DNA of 64,000 nucleotides from Bacteroidia bacterium (lineage in GTDB: Bacteria; Bacteroidota; Bacteroidia; JABEUT01), in the NCBI GenBank assembly GCA_052325425.1, contig JBKQUY010000102.1:472-64471 (forward strand). Direction: 5' to 3'. The position numbers and the translations under genes were made by a program. The notes under the pieces were generated by a model. It was not told where the DNA came from. It did not search any database and was given only the letters and a program-made list of their open reading frames with translations. Of this stretch, positions 28,401 to 38,910 are shown in pieces. Positions within the stretch are counted from its first letter, which is position 1. Each line of letters starts with the position of its first letter.

Positions 28401-31400
28401 TATACAAGTATATGTTCCTGCACAAAGGTTTGCATCTGTTGCATTTGTGCCACCGGAAGGCCAGCTATATATATAAGGGCTTGTGCCGCCTGTTACAGTA
28501 CTTACCGCACTTCCGTTACAAAGCCCATTGCAGGTTACATTTACGCAATTTACTGTAACATTTATAGCGTTATCTACTTTTACAGTTACAAGCGCGGTAT
28601 CAGTACAATTGCCAATACTTCCAATTAAATAGTAAGTGGTTGAAGTGGTCGGGCTCACAGTTACACTTGGTGTATGTATATCAACCGGATCCCACTGATA
28701 TGTATTAGCGCCGCTTGCATTCAAAACGACTGAATCACCAAAGCATATTGCCGGTGAGGCAGGGGCAATACTTAATGCAGGCGATGGATTTACAGTTAAA
28801 CTTACAGTAGCATTATTGGTACACCCGTCAGAAAGGGATACTTTTACTCCATAAACATCCGGAAGGGCAATTTTTCGTATTTCCTCGTTATTCCAGTCGG
28901 CTACATACAAATTTCCCCTTCCATCTGTAGCTACTCCGGCTGGCAGGTTGAAACCGGCGGCAGGGCCAGTTCCGTTAGCAGAGCCTTTTGTAAGGGTGCC
29001 GGCCAGAGTAATAACTTCAGCGGTCGAAACAACTATTTTCCGGATTTCGTTATTAAGCCCGTCACCCACATAAAGATTTCCGCCCGGGTCAATAGATATC
29101 CCCTGCGGGCCATTAAAGCCGGCTGCCGTTCCTATACCATTAGCAGAACCCGCGGTGGTGGATCCGGCAAGAGTGCTTACTGTGCCACTTGAAATTACAA
29201 TCTTTCTTATTTGATTATTAAGATTATCGGCAACAAATAAATTACCGTTTCTATCTGCCGTTATTCCATTTGGCTGATTGAAGCTTGCACCCGGGCCTGT
29301 TCCATTCACAGAACCTGCCGTAGTTGAACCGGCTATAGTGGTAACTGAAGCGTTTGAAATCACAATTTTTCTTATTTCATTATTAACCATATCGGCAACA
29401 TAAAGGTTGCCGCTGCCATCGGTGGTAATTCCTTGCGGTGAATAGAAACCTGCCGCGCTGCCCGTGCCATCGGCAGAGCCATGTGTTTTTGTGCCTGCAA
29501 GTGTAGTTACCACGCCCGATGAAATAACAATCTGCCGTATTTCATTATTTCCTCCGTCCGATACAAACAGGTTACCCATGCCGTCGCATGTTACCCCGCT
29601 TGGCCCGGAGAAACTGGCCGCTGTTCCCGTTCCGTTGCTATTACCGCTTGCTGTAGAGCCCGCAAGGGTAGTAACCACTCCGCTGGAAGCCACAATCATA
29701 CGTATTTCATTATTATTCAAATCAGCGACATATACATTTCCGTTCATATCAGTAGCCACTCCGTTTGGATTGTTGAAAGTTGCCGCGCTGCCTGTGCCGT
29801 TGGCATCGCCTGTAAGGCCTGCGGAGCCTGCCAGCGTGCTTACAACAGCATTATTATTTTTAGCTAATGAGGCGGGCGAAATTGCTATAGTATCATTCGT
29901 CCCTGAGGTGTTCCACATAAATGAATAGGGGCTGCTCGCTGCTCCGGTGTCTGCTTGCAATATAGTACCGAATTGGGAACAAATTGTTGTCATACCGCTT
30001 ATGCTTACAGGCGGTATTGGATTTACTGTTTCAGTAATTGTTACCGCGGCAGCATTGCATCCTGCACTGCTCCCATTTACTGTATATGTTGTAGTACCCG
30101 GCGGGCTTATAGTCATGCTCGATGTAGTTGCTCCTGTATTCCAGGAATAGGTTGAAGCGCCGCCCGCAGTAAGTGTCGCTGAATTGCCCATACATATTGC
30201 TGTAGGTGAAGCTGAAACACTTAACGTTGGGGTAGGGTTTACAGTTATTGTTACATATTGTTCTCCTGCGGGACATCCTGCTGCGCTATTTCCATTTACT
30301 GAATAGCTTGTGGTACTCGCAGGACTTACAGTAATACTTGTTGTTGTAGCTCCTGTGTTCCACGAATATGTGGATGCCCCACTTACGGAAAGTGTGGTTG
30401 AGCTACCTGAACATATAGTTGGCGCTGAAGCTGAAGCGGTTATTGTAGGCGTTGCATTTACCGTAATATAGGCTGTTTTGTTTAACGTATTGTTACCTGC
30501 GCTATTAGACGCTGTAAGCGATACGCTGTATGTTCCGGCTGTATAATAATAAACCGTAGGGTTTTCAGATGTTGACGTTGCCGGAGTGCCACCCTGGAAT
30601 GTCCAGCTCCAGCTTGAAGGATAATTGGTTGAGTTATCGGTAAACGAAACGTAGGAGCCGGTACAAATAGTGGTACTGCTGGCAGTAAAAGCGGCCACCG
30701 GTGTAACAAGGGGCGCTATTTCCCGTATTTCGTTATTACCATAATCAGCGACATACACATTGCCGCTGGCGTCAGTGGTTACCCCATAAGGTTCGTAGAA
30801 AGTCGCTGCTGTTCCCACTCCATTGGCATTCCCCCCCCCTGAAGGATAGCTGGCGTAAGTGCTGACCAAAGCGGATGTAATAATTATTTTTCTTATTTCG
30901 TTGTAACCATATTCAGCAATATATAAATTACCACTCCCATCACAGACTACTCCCGTTGGCTCGGTGAAACTGGCAGCCGCACCGGTACCATTGGTTGTGC
31001 CAGATGTAGTAGAACCGGCTAAGGTAGTAACCACACCGCTGGTAATAACTATCTGTCTTATTTCATTGTTGCTTGCATCGGCTACATAAACATTGGTTCC
31101 ATCTGTAGCTACTCCGGTCGGATAGTCAAATTTTGCCGCTGTACCTGTACCATTGGCAGAGCCTGATGTTCCTATTCCTGCCAGGGTAGAAACTGTAGCA
31201 CTCGAAATAATTATTCTTCTGATTCCGTTGTTATTATAATCGGCCACAAATAAATTGCCGTTCCCATCTGTTACTAACCCGGTTGGGTTATTAAAGGTAG
31301 CATTTGTACCTGTTCCATTTGTAGATCCTGCTGTAGTGCTACCGGCTAATGTTGTAACAGCGGCGGATGAAATAACAATCTTCCGTATTTCATTATTACT

Positions 31401-31859
31401 TGCGTCAGCAACATATAAGTTACCGCTGCCATCATATGTAATTCCGTTTGGGTATTTGAAGCTTGCCGCCGTACCGGTTCCATTGGTGTTGCCCGATGCT
31501 GTTGAACCGGCAAATGTGGTAACAGCACCGGTGGAAATAACAATTTTTCTTATTTCATTATTTTTCGCATCAGCTACGTATAGATTTCCGCTACCATCTG
31601 TGGCCACCCCCGATGGGTCGTAGAAACTTGCCGTAATGCCAGTTCCGTTGGCAGAACCTTGCACACCATTTCCGGCTAAGGTTGTTACTATTTGAGCTGA
31701 ACTAAAAAGAGTCAAGAGTGAAAAGCCAAGAGTTAATAGAACAAATGAAAATTGAAAATTGAGAGTTGAAAATGAATTTTCAATTTTCCGCTTTCCATTT
31801 TTAATTATTTTTTGTAACTTTAATACCTTAGCCGACGACTTTAATGTAAATGTTTGCAT
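25401..31859 (-). CDS. Large T9SS adhesin-like protein: two NHL-repeat propellers, PKD, Ig-like and SprB repeats, type-A CTD
   Basis: NLYVADxxNNEIRKI repeats; PKD WSWTFQGGTP; GGTxPYTYxW/VTDANGC repeats; VYPNPA...GVYFVKV. Confidence 0.92.
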   Translation of the reverse strand: MQTFTLKSSAKVLKLQKIIKNGKRKIENSFSTLNFQFSFVLLTLGFSLLTLFSSAQIVTTLAGNGVQGSANGTGITASFYDPSGVATDGSGNLYVADAKNNEIRKIVISTGAVTTFAGSTASGNTNGTGTAASFKYPNGITYDGSGNLYVADASNNEIRKIVISSAAVTTLAGSTTAGSTNGTGTNATFNNPTGLVTDGNGNLFVADYNNNGIRRIIISSATVSTLAGIGTSGSANGTGTAAKFDYPTGVATDGTNVYVADASNNEIRQIVITSGVVTTLAGSTTSGTTNGTGAAASFTEPTGVVCDGSGNLYIAEYGYNEIRKIIITSALVSTYASYPSGGGNANGVGTAATFYEPYGVTTDASGNVYVADYGNNEIREIAPLVTPVAAFTASSTTICTGSYVSFTDNSTNYPSSWSWTFQGGTPATSTSENPTVYYYTAGTYSVSLTASNSAGNNTLNKTAYITVNATPTITASASAPTICSGSSTTLSVSGASTYSWNTGATTTSITVSPASTTSYSVNGNSAAGCPAGEQYVTITVNPTPTLSVSASPTAICMGNSATLTAGGASTYSWNTGATTSSMTISPPGTTTYTVNGSSAGCNAAAVTITETVNPIPPVSISGMTTICSQFGTILQADTGAASSPYSFMWNTSGTNDTIAISPASLAKNNNAVVSTLAGSAGLTGDANGTGSAATFNNPNGVATDMNGNVYVADLNNNEIRMIVASSGVVTTLAGSTASGNSNGTGTAASFSGPSGVTCDGMGNLFVSDGGNNEIRQIVISSGVVTTLAGTKTHGSADGTGSAAGFYSPQGITTDGSGNLYVADMVNNEIRKIVISNASVTTIAGSTTAGSVNGTGPGASFNQPNGITADRNGNLFVADNLNNQIRKIVISSGTVSTLAGSTTAGSANGIGTAAGFNGPQGISIDPGGNLYVGDGLNNEIRKIVVSTAEVITLAGTLTKGSANGTGPAAGFNLPAGVATDGRGNLYVADWNNEEIRKIALPDVYGVKVSLSDGCTNNATVSLTVNPSPALSIAPASPAICFGDSVVLNASGANTYQWDPVDIHTPSVTVSPTTSTTYYLIGSIGNCTDTALVTVKVDNAINVTVNCVNVTCNGLCNGSAVSTVTGGTSPYIYSWPSGGTNATDANLCAGTYTCIVTDSMGCKSLGTGTVNQPTPITISFASVNASCNGACNGSATSIVSGGTAPYTYYWSNGGTVGNLTGLCAGTYSLKVTDANGCSGLDSVTISQPPPLTVTITPTNATCGQCNGSANVSVGGGAAPYSYLWSNGGTTGNMTGFCAGTYSLTVTDANGCKAIDSVTISQSGIMTVTASAVNVTCNGLCNGSATANILGGAAPFTYTWDNGQTTQTATNLCAGKYTCIVTNGSGCKDTGSVTITQPAALSFNLSTVNGTCGQCNGSASCTVSSGTPPYTFSWNSGETTSSITNLCAGSCSVMVTDSGGCTANSGTVIIKTGKPISVTATGVDATCTGVCNGSATASVVGATPPIAYSWNSIPVQSNASATGLCVGSYTVTVTDSNKCTADASVSVGASGSLSVSVKVTSATCGNDNGSATATVSGGTPPFTYAWSNGDSLATADSLAAGIYNLTVIDNSGCSGSQSQSITVGDTNGPAVTVSSVTENKCYGGSAGAISVTVSGGKSPYQYSWSNGATTSNISGLPDGPYKLKVTDANGCSDFINTVTITSPAAIVISTTINPASCSTANGDVLVTASGGTSPYTYNWSTSSTSADLFNVSAGTYTVVVTDNNGCKDSADASVSNTSGPVITIESVTADSCTSGNTGSINISVTGGTPSYTYLWSDGATTQNVGGLGAGSYNVTVTDAGGCIGTANTQVLNSVPSGVSISIVSVDTESTHNIIVWNKSAMTGVDSLKLYYLNYLSVWQLIKTVPFSAPDYIVDSTPINNPNANTVRYCLTAIGTCGTEEPISASPWQNTTHIYQLTPGTFIWSGTGYLKEGVVLPVISYFLYRDSAGNGSWKAIDSVSGTQNTMNDYVYQANPGNYPHARWYIGAVLNDSIGAGTVVPILRPEKINNTTTRSNTQHNIALIQGVEQIASPAPAISVYPNPAGQNLNIKFNVAKAAIARVSIVDVMGRELYSMDNVRCTVYNAPFTINTGNLSQGVYFVKVTTNSSSQVVKFVKE

Positions 31860-32041
31860 GGTTGGTTTTTTTTTATTGTATTTATAGAAATCACGTTTTA
31901 ACGCATGATATAAATAGATGGGTAAAAATATACTTTTAATTGAAATTATAAAAATTTAAACAGGAAATTATTTGTTAATTCCTAAAATAACAATAATCAA
32001 GTTCTATCTTCTCCCCTTTGGCGAGGCGGGAGGGGCTGCAT

Positions 32042-32067
32042 AAAAAAAATCCCGCATTTCTGCGGGA
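32042..32067 (-). terminator. Terminator of the sigma factor gene
   Basis: A8 followed by TCCCGCA-TTTC-TGCGGGA. Confidence 0.75.
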
Positions 32068-32103
32068 CCTTCAACACATGACAGCAAAGTTTTTTACGTT
32101 TTG

Positions 32104-32970
32104 CTATCCCAAATAGGCCTTTAATAATTTACTGCGCGAGGTATGGCGTAACCTGCGTATGGCTTTTTCTTTTATCTGCCTTACACGTTCACGGGTCAGG
32201 TCGAATTTTGCTCCGATTTCTTCCAATGTAAGCGGGTGGGGCACATCGAGCCCAAAGAAGAGTTTGATTACTTCTTTTTCTCTTTCATTAAGGGTAGAAA
32301 GCGAGCGTTCAATCTCCCTTTTCAACGATTCCATAATCAGCATTTTATCAGCGCGCGGAGAATCATGGTTCACCAACACATCCAACAGGCTGTTATTATC
32401 ATCGCCATTGGCAAATGGGGCATCAACCGATATATGCTTACCCGAAAGCTGCATGGTATCTTTTACCTTATCCATCGGAAGGTCAAGTATTTCAGAAAGT
32501 TCCTCCGGCAAAGGTTCCCTTTCAAATTGCTGCTCGAGGCGCGAGAATGTCTTATTCAGTTTATTGAGTGAACCCACCTGGTTAAGGGGAAGCCTTACAA
32601 TGCGCGATTGCTCGGCCAATGCCTGCAATATTGACTGGCGTATCCACCAAACGGCATAAGATATGAATTTAAAACCCCGGCTATGGTCGAAACGGCGAGC
32701 CGCTTTGATAAGCCCGAGGTTACCTTCATTGATTAAGTCAGGCAGGGTAAGCCCTTGGTTCTGATATTGTTTTGCAACCGAAACCACAAAGCGAAGATTA
32801 GCCTTTGTCAGCTTCTCGAGTGACCTTTCATCGCCTTCCTGTATTTTTTTAGCCAATGCTACCTCTTCATCGGCAGTAATCAATTCCTCACGGCCAATTT
32901 CCTGTAAATATTTGTCGAGGGAAGCGCTTTCCCTGTTTGTAATAGACTTGGTGATTTTGAGCTGTCTCAT
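32104..32970 (-). CDS. rpoD: Primary RNA polymerase sigma factor (Bacteroidota RpoD/SigA)
   Basis: [57 protein letters not shown]...LTRERVRQI. Confidence 0.93.
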   Translation of the reverse strand: MRQLKITKSITNRESASLDKYLQEIGREELITADEEVALAKKIQEGDERSLEKLTKANLRFVVSVAKQYQNQGLTLPDLINEGNLGLIKAARRFDHSRGFKFISYAVWWIRQSILQALAEQSRIVRLPLNQVGSLNKLNKTFSRLEQQFEREPLPEELSEILDLPMDKVKDTMQLSGKHISVDAPFANGDDNNSLLDVLVNHDSPRADKMLIMESLKREIERSLSTLNEREKEVIKLFFGLDVPHPLTLEEIGAKFDLTRERVRQIKEKAIRRLRHTSRSKLLKAYLG

Positions 32971-33082
32971 TGATGTCGTTGGGCTATGTTAAAAGGGCTT
33001 TTTTTAGGTTGCGCAAACTTATGAAAAAAAATACTTTTCCCCGTTACATTTTTCCCTGATTTTTTCAACTCTCCTTGCAAAC

Positions 33083-34552
33083 CTAAGCCCCAAAGGCATA
33101 GTAGGCCCTTGTTCCATTCGGGTATATACCCTCAACCAATATTCCGCCTGATTTATTCTTTAATATTTTTTCAATATCATTAGCCGAACTTACCGCCTGG
33201 TGGTCAATTTTGGTAATAATAAAGCCTTCCTGTATGCCAATCTCCCTTAGCTTGCCATTTTCAAGCTGAACCACTTTCACCCCGTGGTCAAGCCTGAGTT
33301 TTTCAAGTTCTTCTTTAGTGGCTGCAGAAAAAGAAGCTCCAAGGGAAGATAGTGATGAAGGCGATTCGGCTGCGGCTAATTTATCGGTATTGCCATCAAT
33401 ATTACGGAGCGTTACCGGTATTTCAACATGTTCATTATTGCGGCTTACGGTAATATTAACCTTGTCGCCCGGCCTCATGCGTGCAATTTGTTCTTCAAGA
33501 CTGGCAACATCGTTCACATCCTGGTCGCCCACTTTAAGAATTACGTCGCCTTCTTTAATTCCAGCTGATTCGGCTGCTCCATTCGGGGTAAGCCCGTCAA
33601 CATAAATTCCGTTTGTGCTGCTAAGCCCGGCAGTTTTGGCAATGTCGGCATCAACCGTGCGAATGGAAACACCCAGGAAAGCCCGCTGTACAGTACCGTA
33701 TTGCAGCAAATCGGCTACTACCTTTCTTACTAAGTTTACCGGTATGGCAAAAGAATAACCGGTATAAGAGCCGGTAGTAGAAGCAATAGCAGAGTTGATA
33801 CCTACCAGTTGTCCGTCAGTATTTACCAATGCGCCGCCGCTGTTACCCGGGTTTACAGCTGCGTCTGTCTGAATATATGATTCAATGGGATAAAGGTTTT
33901 TTGAAGGGTCGTTCGGCAAAATATCAATATTCCTTCCTTTGGCGCTTACTATGCCTGCCGTAACAGTTGAGGTAAGGTTATAAGGGTTGCCTACCGCAAG
34001 CACCCATTGGCCAACCTGCATTTCATCAGAATTTCCATATTCCATATAAGAAAGGCCTGTGGCGTCAATCTTTAAAAGAGCGAGGTCTGTTTCCGGGTCT
34101 TTGCCTATCAATTTAGCAGTATAGGTATGCCTGTCGCTGAGGGTAACCTCAATTTTACCTGCCTCGTCTATTACATGGTTGTTGGTTACAATATACCCGT
34201 CAGATGAAACAATTACCCCCGAACCCGATACCATTCCCTCAACTCTGTTCTGGCGGGGGTTGCCATACATATAGTCCCATAACGAATTATAAGATGTTGT
34301 TTGCTGTTCTACCGCCGATTTAATATGCACCACGGCAGGAACCGCTTTTTGCGCCGCTGTAACAAAATTGGTGGTGGTTTCGGCCGCGGAAGAAGTAAGT
34401 CCCACAAATTTTACAGGCAAAGGGTTGCGAATGGAAGATTCGGCTATTTTAGTGTCTTGTTTTTGAATATAAAAATGATCAATTCCTAAGGCAACCATTC
34501 CACCAATTGTGGCAACAGATAAGATTGAAATAAAGTTTCTGATAGTTTTCAT
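33083..34552 (-). CDS. Do/DegQ (HtrA) serine endoprotease with two PDZ domains
   Basis: TNNHV, DLAL, GNSGG triad motifs; likely start ATG 34552. Confidence 0.95.
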   Translation of the reverse strand: MKTIRNFISILSVATIGGMVALGIDHFYIQKQDTKIAESSIRNPLPVKFVGLTSSAAETTTNFVTAAQKAVPAVVHIKSAVEQQTTSYNSLWDYMYGNPRQNRVEGMVSGSGVIVSSDGYIVTNNHVIDEAGKIEVTLSDRHTYTAKLIGKDPETDLALLKIDATGLSYMEYGNSDEMQVGQWVLAVGNPYNLTSTVTAGIVSAKGRNIDILPNDPSKNLYPIESYIQTDAAVNPGNSGGALVNTDGQLVGINSAIASTTGSYTGYSFAIPVNLVRKVVADLLQYGTVQRAFLGVSIRTVDADIAKTAGLSSTNGIYVDGLTPNGAAESAGIKEGDVILKVGDQDVNDVASLEEQIARMRPGDKVNITVSRNNEHVEIPVTLRNIDGNTDKLAAAESPSSLSSLGASFSAATKEELEKLRLDHGVKVVQLENGKLREIGIQEGFIITKIDHQAVSSANDIEKILKNKSGGILVEGIYPNGTRAYYAFGA

Positions 34553-34684
34553 AGCTCTTTCATTTTTAGGTTCATGTCGCAAATATCGTTATAACACCTT
34601 TAAACATTGAAATAATTAACAATAATTAACAGCGGAACTTTGCTAACTTTGAGACGTGAAATTTATTGCGTGTATAATTAATTC

Positions 34685-35422
34685 ATGAAAAACAGGATTG
34701 CAATTTTTGTTTTTGGCTTATTGGCCGGCGTTGCCATTGGCCTTGTTTTTGAGGTTGGAATTAAAACTGTGTTAAAGCAGGTACGCGAATTGCATTTAAG
34801 TTTAAATAATATTTACAACCGCCAGGATAAAATGTCTCAGCAACTCGACAGTTTAAAAGGGAAATTAAAAGATGATAAAAAGAACCCGCCGCTTGCTATA
34901 AAAAACCAATACAAAGCTCCGGTTTCGGCGCCGGTGAATACTTTGAAAAATGATTCACTGGCATCAAAAACGAAACCGGAAAATGATACTATAAACAATA
35001 CAAAGGATTCATCTGCCAATGCTGAACCGGGTGATAGCAATGTTGTGGTTATGACAAACCAGCTTGTAAGCGTGACATCACTTCCGCTTAAAGATATTGA
35101 TTCGGTAACAAGTGCTGATAAATCAAACCATAAATCTGATTCCGTCATTGCCTCCATGAGTAATATTGACCCGGAAAAGGACCCGCCCTTTTACCGTATC
35201 GAGTTCTGGCAGTCGCCGTTGAATTTTAAGGGATATAAAATGAGCAAGGGGAAAATAATATTATATGGTATAAATTCAAATACTGCCTTCCGCCTGGTAA
35301 AATGGGATGACGGCTATTATCTTTGGTCGAGCCAGAGTGTTTATAAAGTAGAATATACCGACGATTATAAACCGTTTGAAAAAGTAGTGGATAAAACTGT
35401 TTTGAAAAAAATAACCTTATGA
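34685..35422 (+). CDS. Membrane-anchored hypothetical protein
   Basis: N-terminal TM, coiled coil; 4-bp overlap with dapF. Confidence 0.75.
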   Translation: MKNRIAIFVFGLLAGVAIGLVFEVGIKTVLKQVRELHLSLNNIYNRQDKMSQQLDSLKGKLKDDKKNPPLAIKNQYKAPVSAPVNTLKNDSLASKTKPENDTINNTKDSSANAEPGDSNVVVMTNQLVSVTSLPLKDIDSVTSADKSNHKSDSVIASMSNIDPEKDPPFYRIEFWQSPLNFKGYKMSKGKIILYGINSNTAFRLVKWDDGYYLWSSQSVYKVEYTDDYKPFEKVVDKTVLKKITL

Positions 35423-36216
35423 AAGTTGCATTCTTCAAATACGAGGGCACCGGCAATGATTTTATAATTATTGATAACAGGAAGGGAAACCTTAAAGAAA
35501 ATAGTTATAATCTCTGGAAGAATCTTTGCGACAGGCATTTTGGTATAGGAGCAGATGGGCTGATATTATTGCAGAATAAAAAGGGAAATGATTTTGAAAT
35601 GGTATATTTTAATTCAGATGGCAAAGAGAGTTCCATGTGCGGAAATGGGGGCAGGTGTATAACCCATTTTGCGAAAAAACTAGGAGTAATAAAAGGCAAT
35701 AAAGCCCGGTTTATTGCAATTGACGGAGAGCATGAAGCCACCATAAAAGGCGATGTTGTTAAATTGAAAATGAAAGATATAAATAAGATAGAGGCTGTGG
35801 TTAAGGTGATAAAGGAAGATTATATATTGAATACAGGCTCCCCGCATTATGTGACATTTATTGACGATGTAATGGATGCCGATATTGTTGAAAAGGGCAG
35901 GGCAATCCGAAACAGTAAAGCTTATAAGAAAGAAGGCATTAATGTGAATTTTGTCGAGGTAATGGAAAACGGTATCCCTTTGTTGCGGACGTATGAACGA
36001 GGTGTGGAAAATGAAACACTTTCATGTGGTACGGGAACTGTTGCGGCTGCCCTGGTACTTGCGCACAAAGGTTTGGCTACGGCAAAAGACCATTGCGATA
36101 TTGAAACTATGGGCGGTGAGCTTAAAGTTTGGTTTTCAGAAAAAAATAATAATTTTAGCGGCGTTTGGCTCGAAGGACCTGTGAAATTGGTGTTTACCGG
36201 AGAAATAAATATATAA
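35419..36216 (+). CDS. dapF: Diaminopimelate epimerase
   Basis: KYEGTGNDF, MCGNGGRC, TYERGVENETLSCGTG. Confidence 0.96.
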   Translation: MKVAFFKYEGTGNDFIIIDNRKGNLKENSYNLWKNLCDRHFGIGADGLILLQNKKGNDFEMVYFNSDGKESSMCGNGGRCITHFAKKLGVIKGNKARFIAIDGEHEATIKGDVVKLKMKDINKIEAVVKVIKEDYILNTGSPHYVTFIDDVMDADIVEKGRAIRNSKAYKKEGINVNFVEVMENGIPLLRTYERGVENETLSCGTGTVAAALVLAHKGLATAKDHCDIETMGGELKVWFSEKNNNFSGVWLEGPVKLVFTGEINI

Positions 36217-36239
36217 TTCATAACTCATAACTAAAAGAC

Positions 36240-36809
36240 GTGATTTTTTCAGAAGACAATAACAATTATTCTCTTAAATCCAGCCTTCTTCAATCTCCTG
36301 ATGAATTGAATAAAGGGCTCTGGCTTGTTATTACCGGAGTAAATGATATTCCTCCGCATATTGCCATTATTGACCATGGCAAATATTTTTCCCTCACCGT
36401 GCGCAGAAAAAAAATAGGAGAGTCAATAGATATTTTCCTGAAAGCTATCAGTCGCCGTACTACACCGACTTTGTTTGTGCCCATTAAGTCTGAACACACC
36501 GGAATATTCAGAGGCTCTGAGCTCAGAAAAGCTTTTGAGCCATACCCGACACTCGGCAATGGCGACCATACGTGCCAATGGCCTATACGCGATTTTTTCA
36601 CCCAAACCTATTCCGCCGAATTTTCCAACTCTACTCTTGTTTTTGAACTTCTCGCGGTTGCACAGGCAAAAGGGTTGCTTGCTGAATGCAAATCACTGTT
36701 TGCAGAGATACCTGAAGATTCAATTATTACCCTCCCAAAACATACTACTGAACAAATCAGGGAAAGGATAAATTCTCTTTTAAAAGTAAATGCATTTGGG
36801 GAAAATTAA
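36240..36809 (+). CDS. Hypothetical protein
   Basis: Operonic ORF between dapF and the cytochrome gene. Confidence 0.65.
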   Translation: MIFSEDNNNYSLKSSLLQSPDELNKGLWLVITGVNDIPPHIAIIDHGKYFSLTVRRKKIGESIDIFLKAISRRTTPTLFVPIKSEHTGIFRGSELRKAFEPYPTLGNGDHTCQWPIRDFFTQTYSAEFSNSTLVFELLAVAQAKGLLAECKSLFAEIPEDSIITLPKHTTEQIRERINSLLKVNAFGEN

Positions 36810-38862
36810 GTATTTAATTGCCGCCTTCTTTCTCTTCTTCGTAGTCTTCTCCGCTACATATTGCCATAATTCGACCCTTTCCGCCAAAGATGCTTTCCTT
36901 GCCAAAATAGATAGCGCGCATTCCTACCTGAATATTAACGATACTGTAAAATATGCCGGGGCGCAGACATGCAGGCTATGCCACCAGGCTATATTTGATT
37001 CTTATATGCATACCGGCATGGGAGAATCTTATGACATTGCCACAAAGCAAAAGAGCGCCGCAAAATTTGGCCCGCATGTGGTAGTTTACGATAAGTTTAA
37101 AGATTTTTATTATCACCCGTTTTGGAAAAATGACAGCTTATATGTATTGGAATACCGGCTTAAAGGGCATGATACTGTTTACAGGCATGAGCAGCAGATA
37201 AATTATATAATAGGTTCCGGCCAGCATACCAATTCGCATATATACAGGGTAAATGGTTACTTATACCAGGCTCCTGTAACTTTCTATACTCAGGAGGGAA
37301 AATGGGATTTAGCTCCCGGCTTTTCCGATGGATTTAATTCCCGTTTCAGCAGGGAAGTGGGATTGGAGTGCATGTCCTGCCATAATTCATACCCTGATTT
37401 TACCCCGGGCTCGACCAACAAATATAACAATGTGCCCAATGGCATTACCTGCGAACGCTGCCATGGGGCAGGGGAGATGCATGTAAAAGCTATGCAATTG
37501 GGGCACAGGGTAGATACTACAAAGGCAATTGATTATACGATTGTGAATCCGGCAAAGCTGCCTGTTAACTTGCAGGTAGATGTATGCGAGCGCTGTCACC
37601 TGCAAGGAAATGCAGTGCTGAAACCCGGAAAATCATTTTATGATTTCAGGCCGGGAATGAAGTTGTCGGATATAGAGGATGTGTTTATGCCAAAATATAC
37701 CGGCATGGAAGATGAATATATAATGGCTTCGCATATAGCCCGAATGAAGATGAGCAAATGCTACCTCAATAGTTTGAATACGGCAGCCAAAAATTCTTTA
37801 AAACCATATCAAAGCTCCATGACCTGTGTTACCTGTCATAATCCCCATGTGGATGTGAGGAGCGTGAATGATAATACATTCAATACCATTTGCCGGAATT
37901 GCCACGGTGTAGGGGATGGGTTAACCCCATCCCGTAAAGCATGCACAGAAAAATTGGAGGTGCGCGAGAAGGTGAATGACAACTGCGTTAGCTGTCACAT
38001 GCCCAAAGGCAAAACCATAGACATACCGCACGTAATTACAACCGACCACTACATTCGCATACCTGTAAAAAATGAAGATAAGAAGAAGATAAAAGAGTTT
38101 ATAACCTTGTATGATGTGAATAATGACAACCCATCTGCTGAAACAAGGGGAATAGCTTTTATACAGCAATATGCAAAGTTTGAATCTGATTTTCCTTTGC
38201 TGCTCGATTCAGCCAAACATTATTTCCCTGATAATACTCCAGCGCTGGTAAAGAAAAATTTTTCATCCCTGATTGATATTTACTTTTACAAGCAGGATTA
38301 TAATCATCTGCTCTATTATGTAGGTATTATGCAGCCCAATTATGTGCTTGACAGTATGCTGGTGCATAAAGATTATGCCAACACCGATGCATGGACAGCA
38401 TATAGAATAGGGGAGGCCTTTTATCAAATTAATAATGCGCGCGGAGCCGAAGCTTTTTACAGGAAAGCCATTAGCCTTGCTCCTTACGTATTAGAATTTA
38501 ATAATAAGTTTGGGGCTGCACTGGTTATGCTGGATAAATTGGATGAGGCAGAAAAAATCTATGATTTCATATTAACGCAGGACCCGGAATTTGTTTCGGC
38601 ACTGACCAACAAGGGGTTTATTTCCCTGAAGAAAGGAAATGCCGGACAGGCAAAAAACTATTATGACAAAGCCCTTGCCCTGAGCCCCGATGATAAACAG
38701 GCCATGCTCAATATGGCCGGATGGTATATATATGAAAAGCAGTTCGATAAAGCAGAAGAGAGCTTAAAGCAGGTTCTGAAAAAATATCCCGATGAAGAAC
38801 AGGCCAAGAGTTTATTGCAGCAGATAAAGGGGATGGTGATGGTGCATAAGAAAGCGGCATAA
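36790..38862 (+). CDS. Multiheme c-type cytochrome with C-terminal TPR repeats
   Basis: Seven CxxCH motifs (CRLCH, CMSCH, CERCH x2, CVTCH, CRNCH, CVSCH); TDHYI; TPR tail. Confidence 0.9.
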   Translation: MHLGKIKYLIAAFFLFFVVFSATYCHNSTLSAKDAFLAKIDSAHSYLNINDTVKYAGAQTCRLCHQAIFDSYMHTGMGESYDIATKQKSAAKFGPHVVVYDKFKDFYYHPFWKNDSLYVLEYRLKGHDTVYRHEQQINYIIGSGQHTNSHIYRVNGYLYQAPVTFYTQEGKWDLAPGFSDGFNSRFSREVGLECMSCHNSYPDFTPGSTNKYNNVPNGITCERCHGAGEMHVKAMQLGHRVDTTKAIDYTIVNPAKLPVNLQVDVCERCHLQGNAVLKPGKSFYDFRPGMKLSDIEDVFMPKYTGMEDEYIMASHIARMKMSKCYLNSLNTAAKNSLKPYQSSMTCVTCHNPHVDVRSVNDNTFNTICRNCHGVGDGLTPSRKACTEKLEVREKVNDNCVSCHMPKGKTIDIPHVITTDHYIRIPVKNEDKKKIKEFITLYDVNNDNPSAETRGIAFIQQYAKFESDFPLLLDSAKHYFPDNTPALVKKNFSSLIDIYFYKQDYNHLLYYVGIMQPNYVLDSMLVHKDYANTDAWTAYRIGEAFYQINNARGAEAFYRKAISLAPYVLEFNNKFGAALVMLDKLDEAEKIYDFILTQDPEFVSALTNKGFISLKKGNAGQAKNYYDKALALSPDDKQAMLNMAGWYIYEKQFDKAEESLKQVLKKYPDEEQAKSLLQQIKGMVMVHKKAA

Positions 38863-38910
38863 ACAAATTCCAGATAAAATTATTTCATCCCGAATTGAGC
38901 CGTTAGATTT

